A stretch of 64,000 nt of DNA from a virus: IMG/VR virus record IMGVR_UViG_3300031420_000003, positions 128,001 through 192,000 of that record, one strand, 5' to 3'. Of the stretch, positions 52,171 through 61,775 are shown piece after piece; positions within the stretch are counted from its first letter, which is position 1; each line of letters opens with the position of its first letter. The notes under the pieces are model-generated. The model had not been told where the DNA came from and did not search any database. It saw nothing but the letters and a program-made list of their open reading frames with translations. A program made the translations under genes and the position numbers.

Positions 52171-53208
52171 TTACAGGCGAGAGAGCGCACCCTTTAACTG
52201 GCTGACTTCTTCATGACGCAGAATCATCTCATCAACCGTGCCTTCTGGCATGGCTTCCAGCTCACCCAATCGACCGAGAATGTCACGGCGAGTCTGGAAA
52301 AGCTCTTCCCCGCCCATCTTAGGATAAGCGTCTTCCACGTTCACGTTACGGGCCGCTTCCATCATCTCTTCACGCATGGCCGGTGGCAGGTCATTGGCGA
52401 AAGACTCTGCGGTGCGGCAATCAGAGGTCAGTGTGCTGTGCTTCAGACTCTGCTCAACGTTGTGCTGATGGTTGTGTGAAAAGTTACGACGGATACGTTC
52501 TTTGCGCAGACGCTCAATATCGATTGGCTGGAGGGTTACATCTTTACCCTTCACCCAGCCCAGCATTTCGAGATTGGTGTGGAAGTTATCCAGTGCATCG
52601 TTCGCCTGTGCGAAGATATCCGTTAACAGGTCGAATTTCTTGTTAACGATGAGGGTGTTGTCGTCTTGCTTCATCTCAAAGGTGAAGGCGATTTTCTGAA
52701 TACCCCACAGCAGACGTTGGGTAATCTTAATGCCTGCCTCACTGCGCCACGTATGGAGGTTATCCCCCGCCCAACCCATGCAGGTGTGGTACAGCTCGTC
52801 AGCACCCTCCAGAGGGTCTTCAAACGTCTTCTCTGCCCAGCTCTGCGCACGCCCTTGGTCTTGCAGGTCGATTGTGGCAATCACCTTACGGGCCAACACG
52901 TTCAGCCCTTCGAGGTCATTACGAATCGTCTGTGTATCACCGCCCCGGGCGACAACATACGCCTGTGCCAGTTGAATCGCACTGAGTGGCATGGTCTTAA
53001 CGCCAGTCTGTTCAAAGTTCCACTGATGATGGAACAGCTCACCCCGGTGGAAAATCGCCACACGTTCGTAGCCACGGTCATAAGCACGTTTGACTTCCCA
53101 CAGGTCAGGCTCGACCTTAGCGAGGCTTTTGTACTCCGAGCCCTCTCTTAAGCTCAGGTCAGGGGAGGTCAGTTTGAAGCCGGGAAACACGGTTGCAACG
53201 ATAGACAT
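52171..53208 (-). CDS. hypothetical protein, paralog array C (1/3) with extra C-terminal domain
   Basis: TAAGGAGTA RBS; GADELYHT, LEMLGW followed by ~125-aa extension. Confidence 0.75.
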   Translation of the reverse strand: MSIVATVFPGFKLTSPDLSLREGSEYKSLAKVEPDLWEVKRAYDRGYERVAIFHRGELFHHQWNFEQTGVKTMPLSAIQLAQAYVVARGGDTQTIRNDLEGLNVLARKVIATIDLQDQGRAQSWAEKTFEDPLEGADELYHTCMGWAGDNLHTWRSEAGIKITQRLLWGIQKIAFTFEMKQDDNTLIVNKKFDLLTDIFAQANDALDNFHTNLEMLGWVKGKDVTLQPIDIERLRKERIRRNFSHNHQHNVEQSLKHSTLTSDCRTAESFANDLPPAMREEMMEAARNVNVEDAYPKMGGEELFQTRRDILGRLGELEAMPEGTVDEMILRHEEVSQLKGALSRL

Positions 53209-53225
53209 GTAATACTCCTTACGAG

Positions 53226-53252
53226 AAAAAAGAAAGCCACCCGAAGGTGGCC
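53226..53252 (-). terminator. intrinsic terminator (UUCG loop)
   Basis: GCCACC-cgaa-GGTGGC. Confidence 0.75.
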
Positions 53253-53259
53253 ATTATGG

Positions 53260-53424
53260 TTACTTGTTCTTGCTGGCGAAATAACCAGCAAAACGTTTTT
53301 CGAGTTTGGCTAACTCAGAAGCACGTTTAGACGGCGGGTATTTCATTACCTGTGCTTTCGCATCGGCGTACGCCTGACCGTCCGACTTCGGTGTTTGCAG
53401 ATAGCTCCCAACAGATTCGCTCAC
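53260..53424 (-). CDS. small protein (54 aa, absent from ORF track)
   Basis: GTG after GGAG; MSESVGSYLQTPKSDGQAYADAKAQVMKYPPSKRASELAKLEKRFAGYFASKNK. Confidence 0.65.
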   Translation of the reverse strand: MSESVGSYLQTPKSDGQAYADAKAQVMKYPPSKRASELAKLEKRFAGYFASKNK

Positions 53425-53435
53425 GTTACACTCCG

Positions 53436-53861
53436 TTACTTAGCAGCACGAGCGATAAGCCCGTTCATGACGTTACGATAGTTTCGGGTAGCCTGTGACT
53501 CCCGCTTCTTTGGACGGACCGGTGGAGTGAAGCGAATAGTAGGGTCGGCGAGACGGGCTTGCAACATTGCCGCTGCGAAAGCGTCGGCGTCCTGCTCAGT
53601 TTGAAGCTGAGCGAGGAAGCGCCCACGTGGGCCGAGCGTAAACGGTGTCTCATCCGTCAACAGCTTTTCCAACTCTGGAGTCGGTTTATCTGTCCCCTCA
53701 ACCTTGGACTGCTTCCACCAGTGCGGGTCAGATTCACCTTCAAGACCACGGGTTTCCATGTGTCCATGGAGGGTAAGATCCGCCGTCTGGCCGTCCGCGG
53801 TTTGTGGCAGCTCATTAACAGGGATTGTTTTCACGATAATGCCTTTGTCTTGTTCAGTCAT
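53436..53861 (-). CDS. hypothetical early protein
   Basis: 141-aa ORF, GGAG RBS. Confidence 0.7.
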   Translation of the reverse strand: MTEQDKGIIVKTIPVNELPQTADGQTADLTLHGHMETRGLEGESDPHWWKQSKVEGTDKPTPELEKLLTDETPFTLGPRGRFLAQLQTEQDADAFAAAMLQARLADPTIRFTPPVRPKKRESQATRNYRNVMNGLIARAAK

Positions 53862-54039
53862 TGTAATGCTCCAGTGGGCTCACGTTGCCCATCATGTCTA
53901 CGGCGAATACTTGCGCTGTCACGCGGACAGGCTGCTCTTCCTGCTGACGGTGTTTGGTACCGTTGGACAGGTTATCCCACTCGCGTTTGATGCGAGGGTT
54001 GTTCATGAACTCGTTGAACTGTGCGTCAGAGAAAGTCAT
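53854..54039 (-). CDS. hypothetical early protein
   Basis: 61-aa ORF in early operon. Confidence 0.65.
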   Translation of the reverse strand: MTFSDAQFNEFMNNPRIKREWDNLSNGTKHRQQEEQPVRVTAQVFAVDMMGNVSPLEHYND

Positions 54040-54040
54040 C

Positions 54041-54184
54041 TTAGCCGCGTCCTGTGCACTGTGCTGCAGAATTACCTAAGTCAACGCAGTGGTTGTAATC
54101 TTTATTAACGGTGATGATAGAGCAAGCAACACCAACGAACAGGACGATACCGGCAATAGCTTTCAGATGGTTACGAGTTAACAT
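54041..54184 (-). CDS. small membrane-anchored peptide (47 aa, absent from ORF track)
   Basis: MLTRNHLKAIAGIVLFVGVACSIITVNKDYNHCVDLGNSAAQCTGRG; GAGG RBS. Confidence 0.7.
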   Translation of the reverse strand: MLTRNHLKAIAGIVLFVGVACSIITVNKDYNHCVDLGNSAAQCTGRG

Positions 54185-54207
54185 AATGGGCCTCTTTGAA
54201 TAGTCGA

Positions 54208-54390
54208 TTATTTTAGTTCAGCAATCAGTGCAGCGATACGCGAGACTTCCGCCATATCGCCACGGGTTTTAGCTGCTGCCAGTTCAATGGTCAGCATGTT
54301 GATACGGGCTAGGATACGTGCATGACGCTCCTCAGGAGAGACACGCTTCGATTCGTAACCATAGCTTGAGCCTACTCCTGAGATTGTCAT
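54208..54390 (-). CDS. small early protein with UVR-like helical hairpin
   Basis: INMLTIELAAAKTRGDMAEVSRIAALIAELK; TAAGGA RBS. Confidence 0.7.
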   Translation of the reverse strand: MTISGVGSSYGYESKRVSPEERHARILARINMLTIELAAAKTRGDMAEVSRIAALIAELK

Positions 54391-54399
54391 AGCGTTTCC

Positions 54400-54804
54400 T
54401 TAGACGTTGGCGAAGCGTTCTTTCGCGATGGTGTAGTATTTGCGGGCAGGATACCCAGTACGTTCTTCTTCTGCACAAAGCAGCGGGGTTGCATCAACCC
54501 GTGCCAAGAACTCATCAATCATGCCGTGCAGGTCATTAGATTCAAACGGTTGATTGAAGTCCGGTTTGTAGATGACGGCAATCAGCTTTGCTTCTTTTGG
54601 GATATCAAAGCCGCCGTCGGCGACTTCCATCAAATCCGGCATGTGTGCCGCTTCCCATTCCTTGATGGCTTCAACAGACTCCTCGACACCGGACTCTTCA
54701 GCGCAAATCAGCATCATCAGATAGAACGGGGAAGACTTCACCAGTTCTTTCATTTCAGCAGAGATAACTTTAGCGTTGGTTTCGTTACGGATTTCAGTAG
54801 ACAT
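54400..54804 (-). CDS. hypothetical early protein
   Basis: First ORF after class-1 promoter; TAAGGA RBS. Confidence 0.75.
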   Translation of the reverse strand: MSTEIRNETNAKVISAEMKELVKSSPFYLMMLICAEESGVEESVEAIKEWEAAHMPDLMEVADGGFDIPKEAKLIAVIYKPDFNQPFESNDLHGMIDEFLARVDATPLLCAEEERTGYPARKYYTIAKERFANV

Positions 54805-54863
54805 GATTATTCCTTACAGTTTTAATGGTCGATGTAAACGATTAATGTATTCGTTCACCTTAG

Positions 54864-54880
54864 TAATATCTATCTGAAAT
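54864..54880 (-). promoter_or_regulatory. class-1 promoter
   Basis: Minus strand ATTTCAGATAGATATTA followed by CTAAGGTGA; core resembles phiKZ early TATATTAC. Confidence 0.75.
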
Positions 54881-54905
54881 TTCATGCGTTCGAAGTAAGC
54901 CCGCT

Positions 54906-54999
54906 AGACGCTCTGTAACGCATTCTAAGCGATTTTACGGTTAATCCCTACGATGATTCGATTCGCACAGGTTATACTCGTACAATAACGCGTAGGCGT
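54906..54999. other. intergenic imperfect long hairpin element
   Basis: Nested arms ACGC/GCGT, CTAAGCG/CGCGTAG, ATTTTACG/CGTACAAT. Confidence 0.4.
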
Positions 55000-55037
55000 A
55001 AAAAATAAGGAATCCTCCCTTCCCGAAGGAAAGGAGG
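55000..55037 (-). terminator. intrinsic terminator (UUCG loop)
   Basis: CCTCCCTTCC-cgaa-GGAAAGGAGG. Confidence 0.75.
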
Positions 55038-55043
55038 TAAACC

Positions 55044-55844
55044 TTAGCCGCCGAACGTCAGGGTTTGGAACTCTGGGTTCTGGTCAAGGCCGTTTTTCAC
55101 GGAGATGACAACGCGGTCTTTATCGTCGATCACTTCCACTGCTTCATCGCAGGTCAACCCGTAACGCTTCGCGGCTGGCAGAATGGACTCGTTATCGAAC
55201 GGGCCCAGAATCTGCGCATCAAACGGCACGTACGAGTTAAAGGTCACATACTGACCCACACGCACCACCGGATACACTTCACGGAAGTTGGTTGACACAT
55301 CCGCTGCACACGGCAGCGCGGTGTAGCGAATAACCGCACGCAGACCGGTTGTGTGTTCATCATCACGGGCTTCGCCAATCATGGTGAAACGGAACATGTC
55401 GTACTGCGCATCTTCCGTCATCATGTCAGGCTTGATACGATCAACGTAACGTGGGTAAGTAGTACCGTCGCCCGGCACCATCCCTTCTGCAAGTTTCTGA
55501 CCGAACGCGTAGGCGTAGCCAAAACCGTATTGCAGCGCCAGCGCCTGTGCACAGGTCGCCGTCGTCATGGCATGTAAGAACAACAGGTTGCCCAGTGAAC
55601 CCTTCTCAGAGATGGTCAGCTCTTTACCGCTCTCCACACCGTCGTGCGTGTGAACAATAACGATACGCTGATCAATCGAGGTTGCCATCACGTACATCAA
55701 CGCCACTTCGCCGGTCTTCGGCAGGACTTTGGTGATACGCTCCATCAGCTTAGAAGGTTTGGCAAAGTGACGGGCTTCGTAATCATCGATAGCCTGAATC
55801 ACCTGTCCTGACATACGCATGGAGTAGACGTTGTTGTTGCTCAT
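55044..55844 (-). CDS. hypothetical protein
   Basis: 266-aa ORF, TAAGGA RBS. Confidence 0.8.
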   Translation of the reverse strand: MSNNNVYSMRMSGQVIQAIDDYEARHFAKPSKLMERITKVLPKTGEVALMYVMATSIDQRIVIVHTHDGVESGKELTISEKGSLGNLLFLHAMTTATCAQALALQYGFGYAYAFGQKLAEGMVPGDGTTYPRYVDRIKPDMMTEDAQYDMFRFTMIGEARDDEHTTGLRAVIRYTALPCAADVSTNFREVYPVVRVGQYVTFNSYVPFDAQILGPFDNESILPAAKRYGLTCDEAVEVIDDKDRVVISVKNGLDQNPEFQTLTFGG

Positions 55845-55886
55845 GTTTCATCAATCCTTAAAGGGTGTTAGTTTCATAATAGAACA

Positions 55887-57191
55887 TCAGTTTGTTATTT
55901 TTGAGTTGGAGAGCCACAGCGTCAGTTCGGTCTGGCTGTTAAAGCGACCGGAGGCTAACGTCTGCCCATCCACCGAGGCGTGATACACCTCACCCAAAAC
56001 GGTACCAAACCGCGTGTACATACCAACGTCGTTGGCGTACATGAACTTCACGGGCATGCCCGGGTACACAATATTGGGCATCGACTGATTCCACGTCACC
56101 TTCACAATCATCCCATCGCGCATGGCAAGTTTGGAACGAATGTCTTTGTCGTGGTCAGCGTAATGCTTTTTCAGTACCGGGGCATTCACTAAGCCAGAAG
56201 CGTGTTTGTTGGGGGCCGCCTGCGAGACAAACTTATCCGAGGTGGTCTTAGAGACATCCCCCGGCGTAAACGAGCTAGAACGCCCGTCTAAGGCCCTGAC
56301 AGACCCGACCCGATAACCGGTGCCCTGATTGAGCGACAGCTGGTCCTGCTGGTCTTCTGTGAGCGTATCGCCGCCTGTGATGATATACCGCACACTGGCA
56401 TCACTGTGTAGCGTCCGGTCGATGTTAGCCGCACGCTCACGGGGCAGGTTCATCACCACCAGTTTTAAGCCGGCTTTGTTGAACTTGGTTTCATCGTAGG
56501 GCTTGAACAGGAACCAGTTATTGAAATACTGGAACACGCCCAAGCCTTTCGCATACACCCCATACTTTTCCTGAATGTAATCAAATACCTCCAAGAAGGT
56601 CACCGAGTCAGGGATGACCATGTCGCGATAAAGCTGTTGCTCTTCTGTCTCGTACTGAATCGAGTGCACGATACCGGCTTCGGCTTGCTGATTGGGCAAG
56701 GTGTCGACCAAGAGCTTACGCAGTAGCGTTAACCCGTCGGTGCCGTGGTACGTCCCGCCCACGTTCTTCAGGCGCTGGTACCACAGTGAAGCGGGCATCA
56801 ACTCCAGTGTGACGATAGCCACCGATTTATCATCCGACTCCCCAACAAACATCGTCTGGGATTCCATGTCGGGGTCACGGCTACTCACTACCACGCCGTT
56901 GTAGTTCACCGTGTTGAGGATTTTCTCCCCGGCCAAGGTTAACAGCTTGACGTTCATGTTCCCGTTAGCACGCGTCGTCAGTAAACGCATTTGGGAGGTG
57001 GGGACGGCCATCGTGATGTGCGTTATCGTTGAGACCGCCCCCACGAAGTTACTGCTGTGGATGACGTCCCGAACTTTCAGCACCTTGAGCGTGATGCCCT
57101 TGATGCTGACGATAGCACTGTAGTTGATGGCAGGTGCCCCAATTGCCCGACTGATGTGACTATTGACAATTGTCTGGAACCTATCAAACAT
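55887..57191 (-). CDS. conserved phiKZ-like virion protein (baseplate hub-type)
   Basis: VIPD, YIQEKYGVYAKGLG, WNQSMPNIVYPGMPVK motifs; synteny. Confidence 0.65.
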   Translation of the reverse strand: MFDRFQTIVNSHISRAIGAPAINYSAIVSIKGITLKVLKVRDVIHSSNFVGAVSTITHITMAVPTSQMRLLTTRANGNMNVKLLTLAGEKILNTVNYNGVVVSSRDPDMESQTMFVGESDDKSVAIVTLELMPASLWYQRLKNVGGTYHGTDGLTLLRKLLVDTLPNQQAEAGIVHSIQYETEEQQLYRDMVIPDSVTFLEVFDYIQEKYGVYAKGLGVFQYFNNWFLFKPYDETKFNKAGLKLVVMNLPRERAANIDRTLHSDASVRYIITGGDTLTEDQQDQLSLNQGTGYRVGSVRALDGRSSSFTPGDVSKTTSDKFVSQAAPNKHASGLVNAPVLKKHYADHDKDIRSKLAMRDGMIVKVTWNQSMPNIVYPGMPVKFMYANDVGMYTRFGTVLGEVYHASVDGQTLASGRFNSQTELTLWLSNSKITN

Positions 57192-57736
57192 TATCGCGGT
57201 CCTCGAGATTGGAAGCGGGCTGCAGATTCCAAACGCCGGATCAGGGTATCGTTGAAGCGATGTTCATCTTTGGAGGCTTTCACCTCTAACCCAAAGAACG
57301 ACTGCAACGAATCTGACATGGTGACTTCGGCTTTACGGAAATAGCCATAGCGGTGCGCCACTGGAAAGAGTTTATTCGCAAGGTTGTTAAACTCACGCAT
57401 TCCTTCTATCGGGATACGGCGGCTAATCAGCGACGGGTTACTGGAAAAGGTTATCCAGTTTGCCATGTGCTCCATTATCCAGCCATACACCTTGATAGCA
57501 TCGGTTGGGTCATTGATGTCCAGCGGCATACCCTGCGACAGATACTCCGCAATTTCAAATGGACGGGCCATTATCATCTTACGGTCGTGCAGGATGGCGT
57601 TGGCCTTCTTCTTGTCTTCCGGCAAAAAGACACCGTGCTCTTGCAGGGCGTATTCGGTCAACGTTGCATAAGCCGGCACACGCCAGCTTACCCAGCTGTG
57701 AAACAAATGGAAGGCGGGGCTAAACTTCTTGGTCAT
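57191..57736 (-). CDS. conserved phiKZ-like hypothetical protein
   Basis: Start re-called at MTKKF after GAGG; D...VY.WIMEH..NW, IP.E.....N.LA..LFP.A. Confidence 0.7.
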   Translation of the reverse strand: MTKKFSPAFHLFHSWVSWRVPAYATLTEYALQEHGVFLPEDKKKANAILHDRKMIMARPFEIAEYLSQGMPLDINDPTDAIKVYGWIMEHMANWITFSSNPSLISRRIPIEGMREFNNLANKLFPVAHRYGYFRKAEVTMSDSLQSFFGLEVKASKDEHRFNDTLIRRLESAARFQSRGPR

Positions 57737-57738
57737 TA

Positions 57739-59064
57739 CTACCTCACGTAACGGAGGAGCACGTAAACCAGCGGGGTGTAGTAGAACTGCGCCGTCTTCG
57801 GCAGCGTCCGTAACATCTCCGCCAACAGGATAATTGGCATCGGGGATATCGGTTGCTGTTTGATAAAGAGGTGCAACGCCCACTCAAGCACGTTGGTGTA
57901 ACTGCCCTTGTAAAACGCCTCACTCAGGATATACGGAGTGAGTGTTGGAACACCGAAGGCCGGCAGGGATTCCCCGACGTTTCCACGGTAGTTAATGCTC
58001 TCAGGCACAAAGCCTGCAAAGCCCGGGAAGTTGTACGGGTAGGTGGCATACTTGTTATCGGCCGTGAAGAACAGGGTCGCTTGGAACTTTGACCAGCCGA
58101 TAGTGTTCATCATCTGCAACACCCGGAAAGTCTTCACCGAGAAACACGCACAGCGTCGGTTGTAGTCCTCAAGGAACGTTCCGCTCTGGTTGATAATCGC
58201 ATCCCAGAAAGTTTCGATATCGTTCGCCTGCTTCGGCGGGTGCGGATAGATACGGATGTCATGGCCCGGCATCGTCAGCCCAATGGCTCGCACGAACCGT
58301 GCCAAGAACACGTCGTATACCCGGTACTCATCTTCCGGGAACTTCAGGGTCTGGGTTTCATGGTCGTAGTAGCGTTTGACATACGTCTGCTCGATATCCA
58401 AAAGCAAACGTTCCACCCGCATGAACTCGTTCCACTCATCCGGCTTTAACAGCGTGTCCTCACCCCACCACGCACGTTCCCGCACGTAGTAATACTCGCG
58501 CACGGTACAGGCTTTGATAACCAGTGCCATCTGTGGCGTGACTTCATAGAGCATCGTGTACTCAATGTCGTAGGTCGCGATTTTGTTATCGGAGCCACGC
58601 ACGGAGGAGGTGATGTTAAAGAAGCCCAGACGCCCGCCATCCATCTCAGCCACAAAGCAGTCGTGCACGTTCGGCGGGATGGAGTTGACAAGCGTTGCGG
58701 CACCCGTAATGGTAAACGTCCGGTTGTCCGACTCCTGACTGCGCTGTAGGGCGGTGGTAACACGCAGCTCAAGGTTGTTGATTTTCTCAAGCTGCTGGGT
58801 TGGGTTATCGACCTTGGGGTCAAAGATAACTATTGGGTCGTTCTTGCCTTTCAGCAGATGGTAGAAGGTGACTGTCCACGACGAGCCGGTCACGTATTGC
58901 AACAGGTGCTGTTTAGACACACGCTGCAAATCCATCACCGTGGTACGCAGCGGTTCCGTGACGATATTGGACGCTTCCTTAACCCCGTCCTGTGCTTGTA
59001 CCAGCTCGGGGGCTGTGGGTTTGACAGGCTGCCAGTCGGCCCCTGACTTACTCGACTTCAGCAT
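57739..59064 (-). CDS. conserved phiKZ-like virion structural (tail/neck) protein
   Basis: LLQYVTGSSWTVTFY, INNLELRV, PNVHDCFVA, YD.FL..F, PYILSEAFY, FYYTPL. Confidence 0.7.
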   Translation of the reverse strand: MLKSSKSGADWQPVKPTAPELVQAQDGVKEASNIVTEPLRTTVMDLQRVSKQHLLQYVTGSSWTVTFYHLLKGKNDPIVIFDPKVDNPTQQLEKINNLELRVTTALQRSQESDNRTFTITGAATLVNSIPPNVHDCFVAEMDGGRLGFFNITSSVRGSDNKIATYDIEYTMLYEVTPQMALVIKACTVREYYYVRERAWWGEDTLLKPDEWNEFMRVERLLLDIEQTYVKRYYDHETQTLKFPEDEYRVYDVFLARFVRAIGLTMPGHDIRIYPHPPKQANDIETFWDAIINQSGTFLEDYNRRCACFSVKTFRVLQMMNTIGWSKFQATLFFTADNKYATYPYNFPGFAGFVPESINYRGNVGESLPAFGVPTLTPYILSEAFYKGSYTNVLEWALHLFIKQQPISPMPIILLAEMLRTLPKTAQFYYTPLVYVLLRYVR

Positions 59065-60550
59065 GCTCTACTCCTTCGATAGTCAGGATGCCGGTGTTAA
59101 AGATGGTCAGGTAGTAATCCCGGTCTTTGAGTTTGTCACGCGGAATCTTATCAATCACTGATGGGGGAAGACGCGGTAAGTCCCACCACCAATCCGGCGT
59201 GTTCCATTCAGGGAACAACCACTTGATTAAGACCTCAGCTGCACGCGGATACAGATGCAGCGGATACAAGTCCACGTTACGCCAATCAGACACCACCGTT
59301 TCCAACACGAAGTAGTTCTTGGTGACGTTCTGGCGACGCCGTAACTGGAAGTTACCGTCTTCCCAGTGATACAGCTTCGGCTCGATTAACGCCCCCTCTT
59401 CGAAGGCCAGGAAGCGGAACATCCCGGTCATGCCCGTGCGGTCAATACGGCGACAGTGGTCGATGTACGGCTGCAAGGCATCGTTCCAACGATACGGCAG
59501 GTCGGCTGTGTTAAACACCACCGGGTCAAGCATGTTATCTTCATCAAAGGCAACGTCGGTACCAAAGATAGGTAACAGGCTTTCCTTGCACGGATAGTGT
59601 AACCGTTGGAACTGTTCTTTCGGGGCCAGTAGGTAGGGAAGCTGAATCAGTGCCCGTTTTTCGTTGACCCACCACGTCCCGTCGAGGTTCTGCTGTTGCT
59701 GGGAACGGCGCACGTATTCCTCGTTGCTTACCCACGGCCCGTCGATGTCCGGCCACCAGACATCCGGTAATGGCGTTTGGTTAATAATGTACGGATACGA
59801 GACCACCACCTCTTCTGGCGGCTGGTAAAAGAACTTGATGGTGAAAGCGGCTTCATAGTGGTTTTCATCCTTATCCCACGTTGGGGGTTCAGTTGAATAC
59901 ACAAGCTCCACACGGGTTGGTGCAAAACGCACCGCCAGTGACTCCTGTCCACCGGCCACGTTCGAGATACGGGTGACTTCTTTACCAAAGTACGCTTTGA
60001 GGTACTCGGGGAAGCTCTCGTGCTTCGGCACACGGGTGTTTGCTGCGATGTAACACGCGTTCAGTAACTGCAGCGCTGTCTTAGGGATAATGTAATAGGC
60101 CTCAGACTCCGCCATCAGGCTGTAGCGGCCCATATCCTGTAAAGCGTTAAGACGGTTCACCCAGCGGTGTAACTCGTCCTCTGATTGATTGTGGCGCGTT
60201 AGGGTGACGGTGACGTCATAGCCACAGGTAGTAGGCGCAGCGTGGACTTGGTCGTCGCTGTTAGCAAAGAACGGGATATGAACGTTCATGCCGATTTGGC
60301 GATTGATCCGTGCGTACTCGTCGCGTTCTTCAACCACACCAATATAGACACGGTCGGTGCCTGCATAGGAGGCCGTGGTTTCCTCGCCCTCGGTAGACCC
60401 GACCTGATGGGTTGTCTTGAAGCGGTCATCATTGTAGATGATTTCTGCTTTCGCGATTCCCGATTCATTTAACGCACGATGAACAATACCGTCCACGATG
60501 GCTTTTCGAATGGTCTGGTCTAATGAAGGAATCTCAAAATACTGTTGCAT
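59048..60550 (-). CDS. conserved phiKZ-like virion structural protein
   Basis: YYIIP, NVAGGQ, F.IKFFYQPP, YP.IINQ.PLP motifs; synteny. Confidence 0.7.
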   Translation of the reverse strand: MQQYFEIPSLDQTIRKAIVDGIVHRALNESGIAKAEIIYNDDRFKTTHQVGSTEGEETTASYAGTDRVYIGVVEERDEYARINRQIGMNVHIPFFANSDDQVHAAPTTCGYDVTVTLTRHNQSEDELHRWVNRLNALQDMGRYSLMAESEAYYIIPKTALQLLNACYIAANTRVPKHESFPEYLKAYFGKEVTRISNVAGGQESLAVRFAPTRVELVYSTEPPTWDKDENHYEAAFTIKFFYQPPEEVVVSYPYIINQTPLPDVWWPDIDGPWVSNEEYVRRSQQQQNLDGTWWVNEKRALIQLPYLLAPKEQFQRLHYPCKESLLPIFGTDVAFDEDNMLDPVVFNTADLPYRWNDALQPYIDHCRRIDRTGMTGMFRFLAFEEGALIEPKLYHWEDGNFQLRRRQNVTKNYFVLETVVSDWRNVDLYPLHLYPRAAEVLIKWLFPEWNTPDWWWDLPRLPPSVIDKIPRDKLKDRDYYLTIFNTGILTIEGVEHAEVE

Positions 60551-60571
60551 TGGGGTGTCTCCTCATTAGCT

Positions 60572-60596
60572 CATAAAACTGGCTGGATACGCAAAA
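60572..60596 (-). promoter_or_regulatory. class-2 promoter variant upstream of structural operon
   Basis: Minus strand TTTTGCGT-N13-TATG. Confidence 0.5.
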
Positions 60597-60622
60597 AAAA
60601 AACAGGAGTCCGAAGACCCCTG
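60593..60622 (-). terminator. intrinsic terminator (UUCG loop)
   Basis: CAGGAGTC-cgaa-GACCCCTG with A10 run on +. Confidence 0.7.
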
Positions 60623-60627
60623 TCTGT

Positions 60628-61248
60628 TTACAGTCCGAACCCGCGGGAAACGTACCGTTTAAACTCCTGTTCACCAACCGTGAAGGTGTCACCCTTCAGT
60701 GTCGCCACCACGTCATCTTTGATGAGTTGGGTTTTAGCGGCTTCGGCTACTAGCCACAACAACCGCATGTCGTGTTTCACGTCGAACACCTCACCCTGCT
60801 GTGGGTGCTCGGTTGTGGTTACCATCGCCTTCTCAAAGACATAGAAGCCCGTGACCTTAACAGCGTTGTGACCAATGTGCTCTTCGAGCTCTGGAGAGAG
60901 CCAGACCTTATAGCCGTGCAACGTTTGTGAATTTATCACCAGTGACTCGTTACGCATCTTGCGCAGTGTGCCCATGCGGATATCGCTTTCACAGGCAATC
61001 AGGACATCGCCGCGTGTTGCGCCCAGCGGCATCTCAATGTACACCCGCTCGGGTTGAATCTTCTGATACAGTTCCAGCCGTTCTAAGAGCTTCACGACGC
61101 GTGCGTTGAGGCTAAGCTTGCCGATGTTACACCCGCCGTCATATTGGCTGAACTCTTCATTGTCATCGCCGGTTATGTTGAGGTCGATGCCTTCGAACTC
61201 AGAGAGGTGTTTAATAAAGTCTTTACGCTTTAACATTTTCTTAGTCAT
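60628..61248 (-). CDS. hypothetical protein (possible degenerate gp131-like repeat)
   Basis: LERLELYQKI...ATRGDVL pattern; start re-called at MTKKM. Confidence 0.7.
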   Translation of the reverse strand: MTKKMLKRKDFIKHLSEFEGIDLNITGDDNEEFSQYDGGCNIGKLSLNARVVKLLERLELYQKIQPERVYIEMPLGATRGDVLIACESDIRMGTLRKMRNESLVINSQTLHGYKVWLSPELEEHIGHNAVKVTGFYVFEKAMVTTTEHPQQGEVFDVKHDMRLLWLVAEAAKTQLIKDDVVATLKGDTFTVGEQEFKRYVSRGFGL

Positions 61249-61261
61249 GGTCAATCCTTCC

Positions 61262-61291
61262 AAATAAAAAAGAGGGGACCGAAGTCCCCTG
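61262..61291 (-). terminator. intrinsic terminator (UUCG loop)
   Basis: AGGGGAC-cgaa-GTCCCCT. Confidence 0.75.
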
Positions 61292-61293
61292 TC

Positions 61294-61731
61294 TTAGTTG
61301 TCAACACCCACGAGTAAAATGTGCGCCAGTTTCGGATAGTGCCAGAGCTGCACTGTCTGACCTTGCTTGCGCCACTTCGTACCCCGTTCGTCCATGAGAT
61401 ACCATTTCTCACCCTTGCCGTACTCCTCATGTTGGCCTGCGGACACAGACACCAACACACCCGCCTTCACAAAGTCGTATAACCAGATGAACTTGCTTAA
61501 GTCCAATGGCACACCAACCATGATAGTCGGCCCATTACGGGGGATGGCTAAAGGTTTGCGGGTTTTCCCCTCGAGTATCAGTCGGAACCAGAGTGCGATA
61601 CACAGGTATTGCGCCTCGGTGAAATGCACCTGCGGTAGCGAGTTAAAGTGACGGACTAAATCCGTCCCCGTTCCCACTTCAATCATCAGGTGACTCAACG
61701 AGGTACCGAGTCCTTCTTCGGGTCGATACAT
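61294..61731 (-). CDS. hypothetical protein
   Basis: 145-aa ORF, GAGGA RBS. Confidence 0.7.
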   Translation of the reverse strand: MYRPEEGLGTSLSHLMIEVGTGTDLVRHFNSLPQVHFTEAQYLCIALWFRLILEGKTRKPLAIPRNGPTIMVGVPLDLSKFIWLYDFVKAGVLVSVSAGQHEEYGKGEKWYLMDERGTKWRKQGQTVQLWHYPKLAHILLVGVDN

Positions 61732-61775
61732 GCGGTTGTCCTCTTGGCCAATGACATAGTATCAACCCGCCAGAA

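Noticed and set aside
54041-54184. Lipoprotein (lipobox at GVAC)
   Set aside because: Gly at -3 does not fit the L/V/I lipobox; treated as a TM-anchored peptide
54906-54999. tRNA gene
   Set aside because: No recognisable cloverleaf with T-loop, anticodon arm and acceptor stem on either strand
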